Below, piece after piece: positions 48,597 through 57,899 of a stretch of DNA of 64,000 nucleotides. The notes under the pieces are model-generated. The model was not told where the DNA came from and searched no databases. It saw only the letters and a list, made by a program, of their open reading frames with translations. The stretch is from positions 544,001 through 608,000 of the forward strand of contig JBCBUK010000001.1 of assembly GCA_039818205.1 (NCBI GenBank). The letters are read 5' to 3'. Every line of letters begins with the position of its first letter. Position 1 is the stretch's first letter. A program made the translations under genes and the position numbers. The stretch comes from Verrucomicrobiota bacterium. Its GTDB lineage: Bacteria; Verrucomicrobiota; Verrucomicrobiia; Opitutales; Cerasicoccaceae.

Positions 48597-49532
48597 ATGA
48601 AGCACCTGCTAAAAGTTACCGACCTGTCCATTGATGAGATTCGTGAGATCTTCCAATTAGCCGCGAAGTATAAGGCGGAGCGTGCCAAAACTCCGAAGAC
48701 CCTTGCAGGCGAGAGCTGGGGGATGCTGTTTTATAAAAACAGCACACGCACACGTGTATCCTTCGAGGTGGGACTGTTTGAGCTCGGAGCTCACCCGTTG
48801 ATCCTTTCAGCGTCCAATACCCAGATTTCCCGCGGAGAATCAACCGCCGACACCGCGCGGGTCCTATCGCGTTATCTACACGGGTTGATTGTACGCTGCT
48901 ACGACCATTCCCTGCTCGAAGAATTTGCCGAGGCCGGGAGCATCCCAATCATCAACGCACTGTCCGATTATTCGCACCCGTGTCAGATCTTGGCGGACGC
49001 CTTTACACTCACCGAGCGCTGGTCCCATGGCTCGGACCCCATTGAAGCACTCAATGGGCGGCGTCTTGCGTTCCTGGGTGACACCAATTGCAACATGGCA
49101 AATTCCTGGCTGCTAGCTGGGGCACACCTGGGTATGGATATTGCCCTCGGTGGCCCGGAATCACTCGCGCCGGGCGAGGCTGTTAGCCAGGACCTCAAGA
49201 AACTGGGCCAAGATGCCCAGGCCAACTTTACTCAAAACGCGTTGGAAGCCTCGGAGAACGCCGATGTCGTTTATACCGATGTCTGGGTAAGCATGGGCGC
49301 TGAAGCGGACAAAGCCGACCGCCTAAACATGCTCAAGCCATTTCAGGTGAACGCCCAAGTCATGGGAGCGGCTAAGGACGATGCGCTGTTCCTCCATTGC
49401 TTGCCGGCTCACCTCGGTGAAGAGGTATCTGAGGATGTCTACGAAGGCCCGCAATCAATCGTGTTTGATCAGGCAGAAAACCGTCTACACGTCCAGAAGG
49501 CCATCCTTACGGTTCTCGGCCAGGCGAGATAG
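48597..49532 (+). CDS. argF: ornithine carbamoyltransferase
   Basis: STRTRVSFE, HPCQ, YTDVWVSMG, HCLPA, QAENRLH. Start taken at ATG 48597. Confidence 0.96.
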   Translation: MKHLLKVTDLSIDEIREIFQLAAKYKAERAKTPKTLAGESWGMLFYKNSTRTRVSFEVGLFELGAHPLILSASNTQISRGESTADTARVLSRYLHGLIVRCYDHSLLEEFAEAGSIPIINALSDYSHPCQILADAFTLTERWSHGSDPIEALNGRRLAFLGDTNCNMANSWLLAGAHLGMDIALGGPESLAPGEAVSQDLKKLGQDAQANFTQNALEASENADVVYTDVWVSMGAEADKADRLNMLKPFQVNAQVMGAAKDDALFLHCLPAHLGEEVSEDVYEGPQSIVFDQAENRLHVQKAILTVLGQAR

Positions 49533-49547
49533 CAACTAGCTTTCGGA

Positions 49548-50867
49548 TTATTCGCTCGCCGTAGCTAAACGCTTGCTCCTGCGGCGACGCCACTCAGCGA
49601 TACCGATCGTGGCAATTAATAGACCACCAAAGGCATAGGTCGACGGCTCCGGCACCGGTGCAATGTTCCCAGGAACGATTTCAATGAAACCGGCTCCAAG
49701 ATCCGTACGGCCAACCGCGCGCCCATAAAACAGCGTTCCACTATTGAAGATGCGGACATTGAACAAATCGTCGCCCGCGACCACTGCGACACCGTTATTC
49801 TCAAGATCCGCAAAAACAAATTGGTCAGTTCCACCGCCGGATCGGGAGTTTCCGCCGCTGAAATCATGCGTCTGGCCGTTCCAGTTGGTCAGGTAGAGGC
49901 GAACATCGTTCATCTCACTCCGATTGGAATTACCGGAACCATTCAATTGAATAATACCGCCACCAACATCATCACCAAACTGAATATCCGACTGCGATGT
50001 TAGCGTTAAGCCACGCTCAAAGGTCGCGTTGCGGACCAGAGAATCATCCGCAGTAAATCCAAAAGTTCCGCCCTGCACTTCCAATGAGGTGCGCCGTGAA
50101 CCTTGCTCACCCGCGATCAAGTCACTACCTGCTGGCCCCGCAAGCAACAAGGTACCACCCTGGGTTCCAATACCCCGCATCGCCGATGGCACGGACCCCG
50201 CATCACCAACGGTTCCATTGATATTTACTGTGCTCCCGGTAGAGGCGAAAACGATCGCCTGCGAACCCGTCGTGTTACTGAGCGATATCGTCCCGTTGAT
50301 ATCAGCCGTCCCGTTAACAATTTCGACGTTCTTTGCGTTGCTGGCGAAGGCAATCGTGTTATTAAATTCCAGACCGCCGGTTCCCGCATCCCAAATACTC
50401 TGGTCTACGGTGTTGTCATTATTGGCCTGCAGGATATCGACATTAAAAGTCGCGAGGTTGCCCGAGGAGTTCAGTATCGAATTACCGTTACCAAACCCGT
50501 CGTTCGCGCCATAAATTGTGTAAAAGAAATCGCCAGTTTGATTAAAGGTATAGCCCGACGTGCCTCCGGTGACGTCTAACGTTCCGACATTTTGCGAGTC
50601 CTTATTGTTACCCTGATCAAGAACAACGATATAGTCCGGCGCGCCGCCGGTTTCCGCCCCAAACGTCAAAATCTGATTATTGGCATTATTGGGTGTTGAG
50701 GGGACACCACCCACCGACCAATTCGATGCATTGCTCACATTGTTATTCGCTCCACCACCGTCCCATGTGGAGTCTGCTATAGCTGAAAATGAACCAACAA
50801 CAAACGTACCTAACGAAGCGAAAAAGCGTATTACTAACCCAACATAAATTCGGTTTATATCTATAAT
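49548..50867 (-). CDS. PEP-CTERM surface protein, Gly/Asn/Thr-rich beta-strand repeat type; start uncertain, probably non-canonical
   Basis: C-terminal VPEPSTYAFGGLLIATIGIAEWRRRR. The frame is open upstream of GTG 50738 to a stop at 50877-50879 and encodes a signal-peptide-like stretch plus TWDGGGANNNVSNASNW. Confidence 0.85.
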   Translation of the reverse strand: MIDINRIYVGLVIRFFASLGTFVVGSFSAIADSTWDGGGANNNVSNASNWSVGGVPSTPNNANNQILTFGAETGGAPDYIVVLDQGNNKDSQNVGTLDVTGGTSGYTFNQTGDFFYTIYGANDGFGNGNSILNSSGNLATFNVDILQANNDNTVDQSIWDAGTGGLEFNNTIAFASNAKNVEIVNGTADINGTISLSNTTGSQAIVFASTGSTVNINGTVGDAGSVPSAMRGIGTQGGTLLLAGPAGSDLIAGEQGSRRTSLEVQGGTFGFTADDSLVRNATFERGLTLTSQSDIQFGDDVGGGIIQLNGSGNSNRSEMNDVRLYLTNWNGQTHDFSGGNSRSGGGTDQFVFADLENNGVAVVAGDDLFNVRIFNSGTLFYGRAVGRTDLGAGFIEIVPGNIAPVPEPSTYAFGGLLIATIGIAEWRRRRSKRLATASE

Positions 50868-50983
50868 TAAATCCCCTTATCCTTACACAAACGGTAAGAA
50901 TGCAATTAAATAAGCACAAACTAAAACAGCTTGTGCCCTAGCAATTTAAGCCAATTGGCTCTAATTGAGATAGGATAATCGAT

Positions 50984-51430
50984 TCAAACGTCGATCACAT
51001 CGTCATCGCCGCGATCCCTTTTGCCACCTATTGATCGGCGGTTCCCATTATAGCGCTGAACCTTAACTTTTGTTCCACCCAGGAACAAGTTTACGATCAA
51101 AGATGTAAAGCCAACAACGATAGCTCCCCATAGTGCCGACCAAAAGCCAGCAACTTCAAATCCAGGCACAATACTGCCCGCTAACCAGAAGAGTAAGGCA
51201 TTAATAATAATGATGCCCAAACCCAATGTGAGGAACACAAAAGGGAGTGTTAATAGAATTAGAATTGGGCGCAGAACGACGTTGAGCACACTGATCATCA
51301 AGACCGCCAACAAGAGCGATACGTTGTTCTCAAACTGAATACCATCACTGGTCCAGGCCGCAAGGAATACGCCCAATGCAATGAGTATCCACGAGCGGAA
51401 CCATCCGCCGATCGAATCGGGTTTATTCAT
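50984..51430 (-). CDS. 4-TM 'phage holin superfamily IV' / YvlD-like membrane protein
   Basis: LNVVLRPILILLTLP...TLGL...INALLFWLAGSIVPGFEVAGFWSALWGAIV; C-terminal DDDVIDV. Confidence 0.85.
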   Translation of the reverse strand: MNKPDSIGGWFRSWILIALGVFLAAWTSDGIQFENNVSLLLAVLMISVLNVVLRPILILLTLPFVFLTLGLGIIIINALLFWLAGSIVPGFEVAGFWSALWGAIVVGFTSLIVNLFLGGTKVKVQRYNGNRRSIGGKRDRGDDDVIDV

Positions 51431-51436
51431 GCTCGC

Positions 51437-52063
51437 TTAGGTCGCTTCTGAAGCGCTACTTTTCTCGCCCGCCGCTTCCTTATCGGTCGCTTCGGGTTCC
51501 GCTGCGTTATCGCCACCGGTTTTTTGTGCCTCGCCTTCGACCTCTTCAATGGCAACCGGAACGCTTTGCGGGTCAGAGTGCGTTTTATCGTAAAGCTCAG
51601 ATCCCCCAAGCTGATTGATGATATGCATCCCGATAAATTCCTTCTCTTCGTAAGGCTTCTTGTAGTACTCGATCGGGACGACGTTTTTACGCAAAAAGAT
51701 TCTCACTTGATAGCGATGGGGCGGCTTGATGACACGTTTGTTTGTGAGCATCATTCCATCTTTCGAAAGCACGATCGTTTGCCGGGCATTCGATTTCTTC
51801 ACGAAGTTCTGATAGTGGACAATGATACTCTCGAGCGGCGGTTCAACGAGCAGGTCATCCGCATCAAAAAAGAAAGCCTGAAAGTTGTTGTTGGTGATCC
51901 GCAAATTCAGTTTCGCCGCACCCCATTTCTCCTCATCAATATCAACATAAACACCAAGCTCAGGCTGAAGCTGTTCACCAGCAACCACCTGGCCCCTGAG
52001 GGAGGAAGAGAGGGCGAAAATTGTCAACACGAACGTCCAGATAACAAACTTCGGAGACTTCAT
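51437..52063 (-). CDS. hypothetical exported protein
   Basis: Signal peptide from ATG 52063 (MKSPKFVIWTFVLTIFALSSSLRG); acidic low-complexity tail. Confidence 0.75.
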   Translation of the reverse strand: MKSPKFVIWTFVLTIFALSSSLRGQVVAGEQLQPELGVYVDIDEEKWGAAKLNLRITNNNFQAFFFDADDLLVEPPLESIIVHYQNFVKKSNARQTIVLSKDGMMLTNKRVIKPPHRYQVRIFLRKNVVPIEYYKKPYEEKEFIGMHIINQLGGSELYDKTHSDPQSVPVAIEEVEGEAQKTGGDNAAEPEATDKEAAGEKSSASEAT

Positions 52064-52149
52064 AATAAACAGCTTAGGTAGTTCCTCTCGCTGGCTCAAG
52101 CGGCAAGTTTCACCGGTTTCCACCAAAAATATTTTATCAAAATTTTCAA

Positions 52150-53517
52150 TTAGGCACCATCCGTCGCCTGAATCTGAGCTTTCAGATTACGCCAATGATG
52201 CAGGCGCTCGGCAATTCCCGCTTCCGCACCGTTTGCCTTTGGCTGATAGAAACTTTTCGGCTCAACCAGATACTCCTGGCCGGAAATCGCTTCGGGGAAA
52301 TCATGGCTGTAACGGTATCCCTGCCCCTGCCCAAGCGACTTGTTCAATTTCGTGTGCCCATCACGCAGCCAAAGCGGAACCGCCTGCAACGGCCCTTCCT
52401 TGATCGATCGCTTGGCATTGCCAATCGCCAAAGTCGACGAATTGCTCTTCGGCGCCAGCGCGAGAAACAGCGTCGCGTGTGCCAGGTTCAGCTCGCACTC
52501 GGGGAGCCCAACGAAGTCACACGCTTGAAAGGCCGCAACCGCCAACGGCAAAGCCCGAGAATCCGCCAACCCGACATCCTCGCTTGCAAATATTACCAAC
52601 CGACGCGCAATGAATCGCGGGTCTTCGCCACCAGCCAGCATCTTGGCTAGCCAGTAGATGGCCGCATCCGGGTCACTGCCCCGCATACTTTTGATGTAGG
52701 CGGAGATCGTGTCATAGTGCTCATCTTCATTCGCATCGTAGCGAATCTGCCGCTCTCGAGCAAACACCGCCAGATCGTCGTGACTCACCTCGCTACCCAT
52801 CGCCAAGCTCAGCACCAGAGTCTCAAGAGCATTCAACGCGCGCCTGAGATCGCCATCACACAGCCGAGCCAAACCATTCAAGATATCATCTGAGGCCGTG
52901 CATCGAGTTTTGCCCAGACCGCGTTCTTCGTCGACCAGTGCACGACGCAACACCTCAACCACGGCTCCTTCTGGTAAGGGCTCCAAACGAAATAAATGGC
53001 TTCGCGATAAAAGTGGCGGAATCACGTAAAAACCAGGATTGTGCGTGGTCGCTCCAATGAGCCTCACGTTACCCGCTTCAACATCTGGTAACAGCAGATC
53101 TTGCTGCGCTTTGTTGAACCGGTGGATCTCATCGATAAACAAGATGGTCCGCTGCTCGGGTCGATACCGCGCCATCCGTAACACGTCTCGCAACTCCGCC
53201 ACATTGGAAAGGACTGCGTTCAGCCGAACACAATGGCTTCCTGTTTCCTCGGCAATCACTTCCGCCATTGTCGTTTTTCCACAACCAGGAGGACCATAAA
53301 ACAAAAGGCTTCCAAAGGTATCGGACTGGATCAATCGAGGCAGTAATGAGCCCTCACCGACGAGATGCTCCTGGCCAATAACCTCCGCGATCCGGCGCGG
53401 ACGCATCCGCACGGCAAGCGGCCGATTCACCGCCTTGGAATTCGTTTCCTGACCCGCAGAATCATTCGAGGGCTTTCCCGGTTCAGAAAACAAAGAAGGT
53501 TGGTCTGATTGCGCCAT
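52150..53517 (-). CDS. rarA: replication-associated recombination protein A (MgsA/RarA AAA+ ATPase)
   Basis: PLAVRMRP, GPPGCGKTT, FIDEIHRFNKAQQD, HYDTISAYIKSMRGSDPDAA, SEDVGLAD. Confidence 0.96.
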   Translation of the reverse strand: MAQSDQPSLFSEPGKPSNDSAGQETNSKAVNRPLAVRMRPRRIAEVIGQEHLVGEGSLLPRLIQSDTFGSLLFYGPPGCGKTTMAEVIAEETGSHCVRLNAVLSNVAELRDVLRMARYRPEQRTILFIDEIHRFNKAQQDLLLPDVEAGNVRLIGATTHNPGFYVIPPLLSRSHLFRLEPLPEGAVVEVLRRALVDEERGLGKTRCTASDDILNGLARLCDGDLRRALNALETLVLSLAMGSEVSHDDLAVFARERQIRYDANEDEHYDTISAYIKSMRGSDPDAAIYWLAKMLAGGEDPRFIARRLVIFASEDVGLADSRALPLAVAAFQACDFVGLPECELNLAHATLFLALAPKSNSSTLAIGNAKRSIKEGPLQAVPLWLRDGHTKLNKSLGQGQGYRYSHDFPEAISGQEYLVEPKSFYQPKANGAEAGIAERLHHWRNLKAQIQATDGA

Positions 53518-53703
53518 AAATCAAACACCAGTTTGCGGACTCGGTCATTCACTGGCAACCTTTCGCGCCACGATACAACAACTTTGCGCATGTCGGCGGT
53601 TTTTGCTGTGAAGCGGCTCACCGAGCCTTCATTACATACTTGGCGCGCAGCGTCCATTGAGCTTAGAACGGAACCCCTATTCGTACTGACCGATAACAAC
53701 CAA

Positions 53704-55215
53704 ATGAAGAAGCCGAACGTCCTACTTATCACCAGCGATCAGCAACATTGGTACACCCTCGGTGTGCAGAACCCGGAGATCTCGACACCGAATCTGGACC
53801 GTCTTGCCCAACGCGGCACCTTGTTTACCCGCGCCTATTGCCCGAACCCGACTTGCACGCCCACCCGGGCATCCATCATCACCGGGCAGTATCCGAGCCA
53901 GCACGGTGCCTGGAGCCTTGGCACAAAACTCCCCGAGGATTCCCAAACCGTTGGCGAAATTTACCGGAAAAATGGCTATCGCACGGGCTTGATCGGCAAG
54001 GCCCATTTTCACCCCCTACTCTCCTCCGACGATCACGAATCGCTCGAATCCTATCCACTACTGCACGACCTCGACTACTGGCGAAAGAACACCGGCCCGT
54101 GGTATGGCTTTGACCACATTGAACTCGCCCGCAACCACACGGACGAGGCTCACGTTGGCCAGCATTATGCAATCTGGATGGAAGAGAAAGGCCTGAAGAA
54201 CTGGCGCGATTACTTTCAGATCGATAACAAACCGCCGCAGGAACATACTTGGACCATTCCCGAAGAGTTCCATTACAACACCTGGATCGCCGAACGAAGC
54301 AATGCCATGCTTGAGCGGTGTGCGGAAAACGATGAGCCTTTCTTCCTCTGGTCGAGCTTCTTTGATCCGCACCCGTCCTATCTCGTTCCCGAGCCATGGG
54401 ACAAGATGTATGATCCCGACAAGATTACCGTTCCGCAGGGGCAAGCCGGTGAACACGAAAAGAACCCGCCGCATTTCCAGTTAACCCAACAAAACCCTCC
54501 GCCGGATAGATCCGTCTACGAAGCCTACAATGAAAGTGGCTACGCGACCCACGGCATGCACTCGCATCTGCAAGATCGCGCATCACTGGCCAAAGACGTC
54601 GCGATCTATTACGGCATGGTCAGTTGTATGGATAAATATATCGGCCAGATCCTCGACAAACTTGACGATCTTGGTCTCGCCGACAACACCTTGATTGTCT
54701 TCACCAGCGACCACGGACACTACTATGGGCATCACGACCTGATCGCGAAGGGCCCCTTCCATTACGAAGACGGCATTCGAGTTCCTTTCATTGCCAGTTT
54801 GCCCGGAACCATCCCCGAGGGCCGAAGAAGTGACGACTTAGTCAGCCTTGTTGACCTTGCTCCGACATTCCTCAGCCAATGCCAGATCGACGCACCGCCA
54901 ACGATGAGTGGCATCGATCAGACGAAAGTCTTCGCTGGCCAAGAGAAACCGTCGCGGGACCATGTCATCGTCGAAATGAGGCACCAGCCCACTGCCATGC
55001 ACCTCAAGACCTACATCAATCAGCGTTACAAGCTCAGCGTCTATTTCAATCAAGACTACGGAGAGATGTTCGACCTCGAGGAAGATCCCGGCGAGTTCAA
55101 CAACCTCTGGGATAGCCTAGAACACCAAGCGCTCAAGCAGGAGCTCCTGCTAAAATTTCTCCATGCCGAAATGGGTAAAGAACCACTTTGGATGCCGAGA
55201 ATCGCGCATGCCTAG
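53704..55215 (+). CDS. sulfatase (S1, Cys-type), probably cytoplasmic
   Basis: MKKPNVLLITSDQQH, CTPTRASIITGQYP, GKAH, TSDHG. No signal peptide from ATG 53704; the ORF-track extension to 53509 looks spurious. Confidence 0.92.
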   Translation: MKKPNVLLITSDQQHWYTLGVQNPEISTPNLDRLAQRGTLFTRAYCPNPTCTPTRASIITGQYPSQHGAWSLGTKLPEDSQTVGEIYRKNGYRTGLIGKAHFHPLLSSDDHESLESYPLLHDLDYWRKNTGPWYGFDHIELARNHTDEAHVGQHYAIWMEEKGLKNWRDYFQIDNKPPQEHTWTIPEEFHYNTWIAERSNAMLERCAENDEPFFLWSSFFDPHPSYLVPEPWDKMYDPDKITVPQGQAGEHEKNPPHFQLTQQNPPPDRSVYEAYNESGYATHGMHSHLQDRASLAKDVAIYYGMVSCMDKYIGQILDKLDDLGLADNTLIVFTSDHGHYYGHHDLIAKGPFHYEDGIRVPFIASLPGTIPEGRRSDDLVSLVDLAPTFLSQCQIDAPPTMSGIDQTKVFAGQEKPSRDHVIVEMRHQPTAMHLKTYINQRYKLSVYFNQDYGEMFDLEEDPGEFNNLWDSLEHQALKQELLLKFLHAEMGKEPLWMPRIAHA

Positions 55216-55469
55216 CTATTCAAGAGTCGGCTTATTCGTGCTGCTAGCAGCCGTCGCGAAAGCCGACAGCGGCGATATTGCCTCACCTTTAGGACCGCTA
55301 TCGTCACCCACGATCACTTCGACTGAGCTCGAAAATGGAACTACCCGAAGGGTGACCATGAATCAGCATTGAAGCGCCTGGCTCGCCAAAGTGATTAAAC
55401 TTCGGGGCGAAGTGGACAATTCAATCTCCAACTAACACCGGCGGGAAGCACCTGCCCAACGGTTCGAAG

Positions 55470-56099
55470 CTAGTTGCTCGAATTGTTGGTGCTATTGCTG
55501 TTGGTATTGTTGTTGGTGGTCGTCCGGCGTCTCGGAATGATTCGGCGACGAGGTACGGTTCGGTTCTGACTACTTGCCCCGGCCGTCGCCGTATTGCTAT
55601 TCGGCTGAGCATTGGCGTTCGGCGGAACCCGATTTTGCATCGCGTTGGTCCGGCCCTGCGCACCTGGAGAAATCATCGTAGTCGGGATCGGCGTACCATC
55701 CGAGGACGCCAAAGAAATTTTTTCTACACGAGCTCCAGACTTCACTTGGATTGAACGGTCTCCAGCCTCGTCATAGCTCACAACCGAAAATCGGTGCCCA
55801 TTCTCATTCAAAGCCAGTAACAGACTCTGGTTAAGGGACTTATCAAACACACTAAAGTATGCATCCTCCCCAATGTGCAGGACACCGTTAAAGTCGATTT
55901 CCCGACTTAAAGGGCCCGCCTGCTCAACCTTTGGCGGTGGCGCCGCGACCGTCTTCTTCGGCGGGGAATATGGCATAAAGGGCGAACTTTTCAGCATTGA
56001 TTCCCGGGCTTCTTCAAGGCTCGCTGCCGTGGCAGCGAATGGAAGAATGCCAGCAGCCAACACTGCGAGAATAGAAAGTTGCTTCTTAGAGACGGTCAT
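55470..56099 (-). CDS. hypothetical exported protein (Pro-rich linker, small beta domain, low-complexity tail)
   Basis: Signal peptide ending AATAA; beta-rich core IDFNGVLHIG...FSVVSYD, weakly reminiscent of GspC/PilP-type domains; tail RRRIIPRRR + T/N/S. Confidence 0.75.
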   Translation of the reverse strand: MTVSKKQLSILAVLAAGILPFAATAASLEEARESMLKSSPFMPYSPPKKTVAAPPPKVEQAGPLSREIDFNGVLHIGEDAYFSVFDKSLNQSLLLALNENGHRFSVVSYDEAGDRSIQVKSGARVEKISLASSDGTPIPTTMISPGAQGRTNAMQNRVPPNANAQPNSNTATAGASSQNRTVPRRRIIPRRRTTTNNNTNSNSTNNSSN

Positions 56100-56195
56100 A
56101 CGCTTATAAACACAGGGATCGCTAAATTGTTTCCAGGCGAAAGTAAAGATTCAGTCAGTGTATTGAAAAGCTTTCGTCAGCTCAAGCCGAGAAAC

Positions 56196-56426
56196 CTAGC
56201 CCTCTTCATCCCCCCGATCGCTCTTACTCGACGTTTGCGAGGGTCCAATCTGCAACACGGCCAAACCGAGCCCCAGATTGAAAATCGCGATCACCAACGC
56301 AGGAAAATGTAGCAATGCAGCTTTGTCCCGAAACGCGGGAACCAGTCCAAGGGCGCTCACGACAAAGAGTACAACGGCCCCGATGATGATCGGCAGTCCT
56401 AGATTAGTGCGCCGGTCAGATGCCAT
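56196..56426 (-). CDS. small 2-TM hypothetical membrane protein
   Basis: Two hydrophobic segments; starts 11 nt after the ssb stop. Confidence 0.6.
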   Translation of the reverse strand: MASDRRTNLGLPIIIGAVVLFVVSALGLVPAFRDKAALLHFPALVIAIFNLGLGLAVLQIGPSQTSSKSDRGDEEG

Positions 56427-56437
56427 CGTTCCAGGTT

Positions 56438-56884
56438 CTAAAAGGGTACGTCTTCGTCGATACCGGTATCAGCGGCAGGCGACGCATTCCGTGTCTCGCG
56501 CGGTGGAGGAGCAGACCGCTCATAATCGCCACCGCCTGAGGATTCACTAGATTCCCGACCACCAACAAACTTGAAGCTCTCGCAAACCACCATCAGCTTG
56601 CTGCGCTTTTCCCCTTGCGGAGTCTCCCACTTGTCCTGCCGCAAGCGGCCTTCAACCAAGATTGGGTTCCCCTTGCTTAGGTATTTCGAAATAGTCTCGG
56701 CACTGCGTCCAAACGCATCGACATCCACGTAGGCGACTTCTTCCCGCTGTTCGCCTTCCTTGGTCGTGAATTGCCGATTTACGGCCAGCGTAAACTTGCA
56801 AATCGACATGCCACCAGGCGTCACCCGCATTTCAGGATCGGCAACCATGTTGCCCATAAGGATGACTTTGTTAAACGAGGCCAT
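56438..56884 (-). CDS. ssb: single-stranded DNA-binding protein
   Basis: NKVILMGN..ADPE, LAVNR, KGNPILVEGRL, C-terminal DEDVPF. Confidence 0.97.
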   Translation of the reverse strand: MASFNKVILMGNMVADPEMRVTPGGMSICKFTLAVNRQFTTKEGEQREEVAYVDVDAFGRSAETISKYLSKGNPILVEGRLRQDKWETPQGEKRSKLMVVCESFKFVGGRESSESSGGGDYERSAPPPRETRNASPAADTGIDEDVPF

Positions 56885-56949
56885 GCGATAAGATTCAAGC
56901 CACGTGGGCTCAGAGTCAAGCGCTGCTATCGAGCAAATTGCCCGGGAGC

Positions 56950-57252
56950 TTAGAGCTCCTGGGTCATGATGCGGTTCACAGTCTTGTCCAGACGGAAGCG
57001 CTCTTGAAATAGATTGGGAACCGATGGATCCGACTCGAAGATGAACTGCACGTATTGGCCGGATGGGAAATTGCGGTCGGTGACGCGGATAAATTCCTTC
57101 GTGCCGAGATTCTTGACTTCGGTCACATTAGCGCCGACGGCAGTGATGTTTTCCTTGATCGACTCGATCAGTGTATCGACCGACTCGGTGTAGTTACGGG
57201 TATCAAGGATGAAGTTTGCGCGGTAGCGCTTAGTTGTCGCTGTTTGGCTCAT
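56950..57252 (-). CDS. rpsF: 30S ribosomal protein S6
   Basis: S6-like size and pattern (YRANFILD...LG.K.F...GQYVQF...FRLDKTVNRIM) between pth and ssb. Confidence 0.88.
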   Translation of the reverse strand: MSQTATTKRYRANFILDTRNYTESVDTLIESIKENITAVGANVTEVKNLGTKEFIRVTDRNFPSGQYVQFIFESDPSVPNLFQERFRLDKTVNRIMTQEL

Positions 57253-57838
57253 TTTTCTGTGGTGGAATGCGGGTGTTAATTTTGTTCATCGCGCTTACAG
57301 TGCCCTCGCGGACCAATAGTCTCAGGCCACTTATATAATCGGGCATGCGCGACGTGATAAGTTGTTGCTCAGTCTCATTAAGTTTGCCAAGGACCCATTT
57401 CGCCAGATCAGTTCCTGGATTGGGTTTGCCACCAATGCCTATGCGGTAACGAACGAATCCGTTGCCCACGTGCTGAAGAATGCTAGAGACGCCATTGTGC
57501 CCTCCGGCACTGCCACGGACGCTTATTTTGCTGCGCCCAAGGTCCAAATTGATCTCATCGTAGATAGCGACCAAAGAATCGACGGGGAACTTGTGAAAAC
57601 GCATGACTGCGCCTAAAGCGGTTCCACTGTCATTCATATAGGTCTCCGATTTAACGAGCAGAAGCGGTTGTCCGGCAAAATTGACTTTGGCAACCAGCGC
57701 CTTGAGTCGCTTTTGCGGCTTCCATTCCGCTTGGCATTCCTGAGCTAGCTGGTCAACGACCTGATAGCCCACATTGTGGCGGGTGTTCCGATACTCCGAA
57801 CCTGGATTTCCGAGGCCGGCAATGACGGATACGCCCAT
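57230..57838 (-). CDS. pth: peptidyl-tRNA hydrolase
   Basis: GLGNPGSEYRNTRHNVG, TYMNDSG, GSAGGHNG, RYRIGIG. Confidence 0.97.
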   Translation of the reverse strand: MGVSVIAGLGNPGSEYRNTRHNVGYQVVDQLAQECQAEWKPQKRLKALVAKVNFAGQPLLLVKSETYMNDSGTALGAVMRFHKFPVDSLVAIYDEINLDLGRSKISVRGSAGGHNGVSSILQHVGNGFVRYRIGIGGKPNPGTDLAKWVLGKLNETEQQLITSRMPDYISGLRLLVREGTVSAMNKINTRIPPQKNEPNSDN

Positions 57839-57861
57839 TTGGCAAAGAACAAATAAACATC

Positions 57862-57891
57862 GAAGGACCGGGGCGGCTGCTCCGATCCTTC
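57862..57891 (-). terminator. hairpin between rplY and pth
   Basis: Minus strand GAAGGATCGGAGC-AGCC-GCCCCGGTCCTTC followed by a T-rich run; partial terminator or mRNA stabiliser. Confidence 0.5.
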
Positions 57892-57899
57892 AACGGAAA

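Noticed and set aside
43200..49532. rplM-rpsI adjacent to argCJBDF as a novel coupling
   Set aside because: These are ordinary housekeeping genes separated by a terminator-like hairpin, and rpsI-argC adjacency occurs in other bacteria.
50984..51430. 'Phage holin' as evidence of a prophage
   Set aside because: This 4-TM family is commonly chromosomal, and no phage genes are nearby.
53509..53703. N-terminal extension of the sulfatase overlapping the rarA start
   Set aside because: Sulfatase homology begins at MKKPN (53704); the region is more plausibly the divergent promoter.
55473..55525. TTG/TTGG-like repeats as a tandem repeat locus
   Set aside because: They simply encode the T/N/S low-complexity tail of the 55470..56099 protein.
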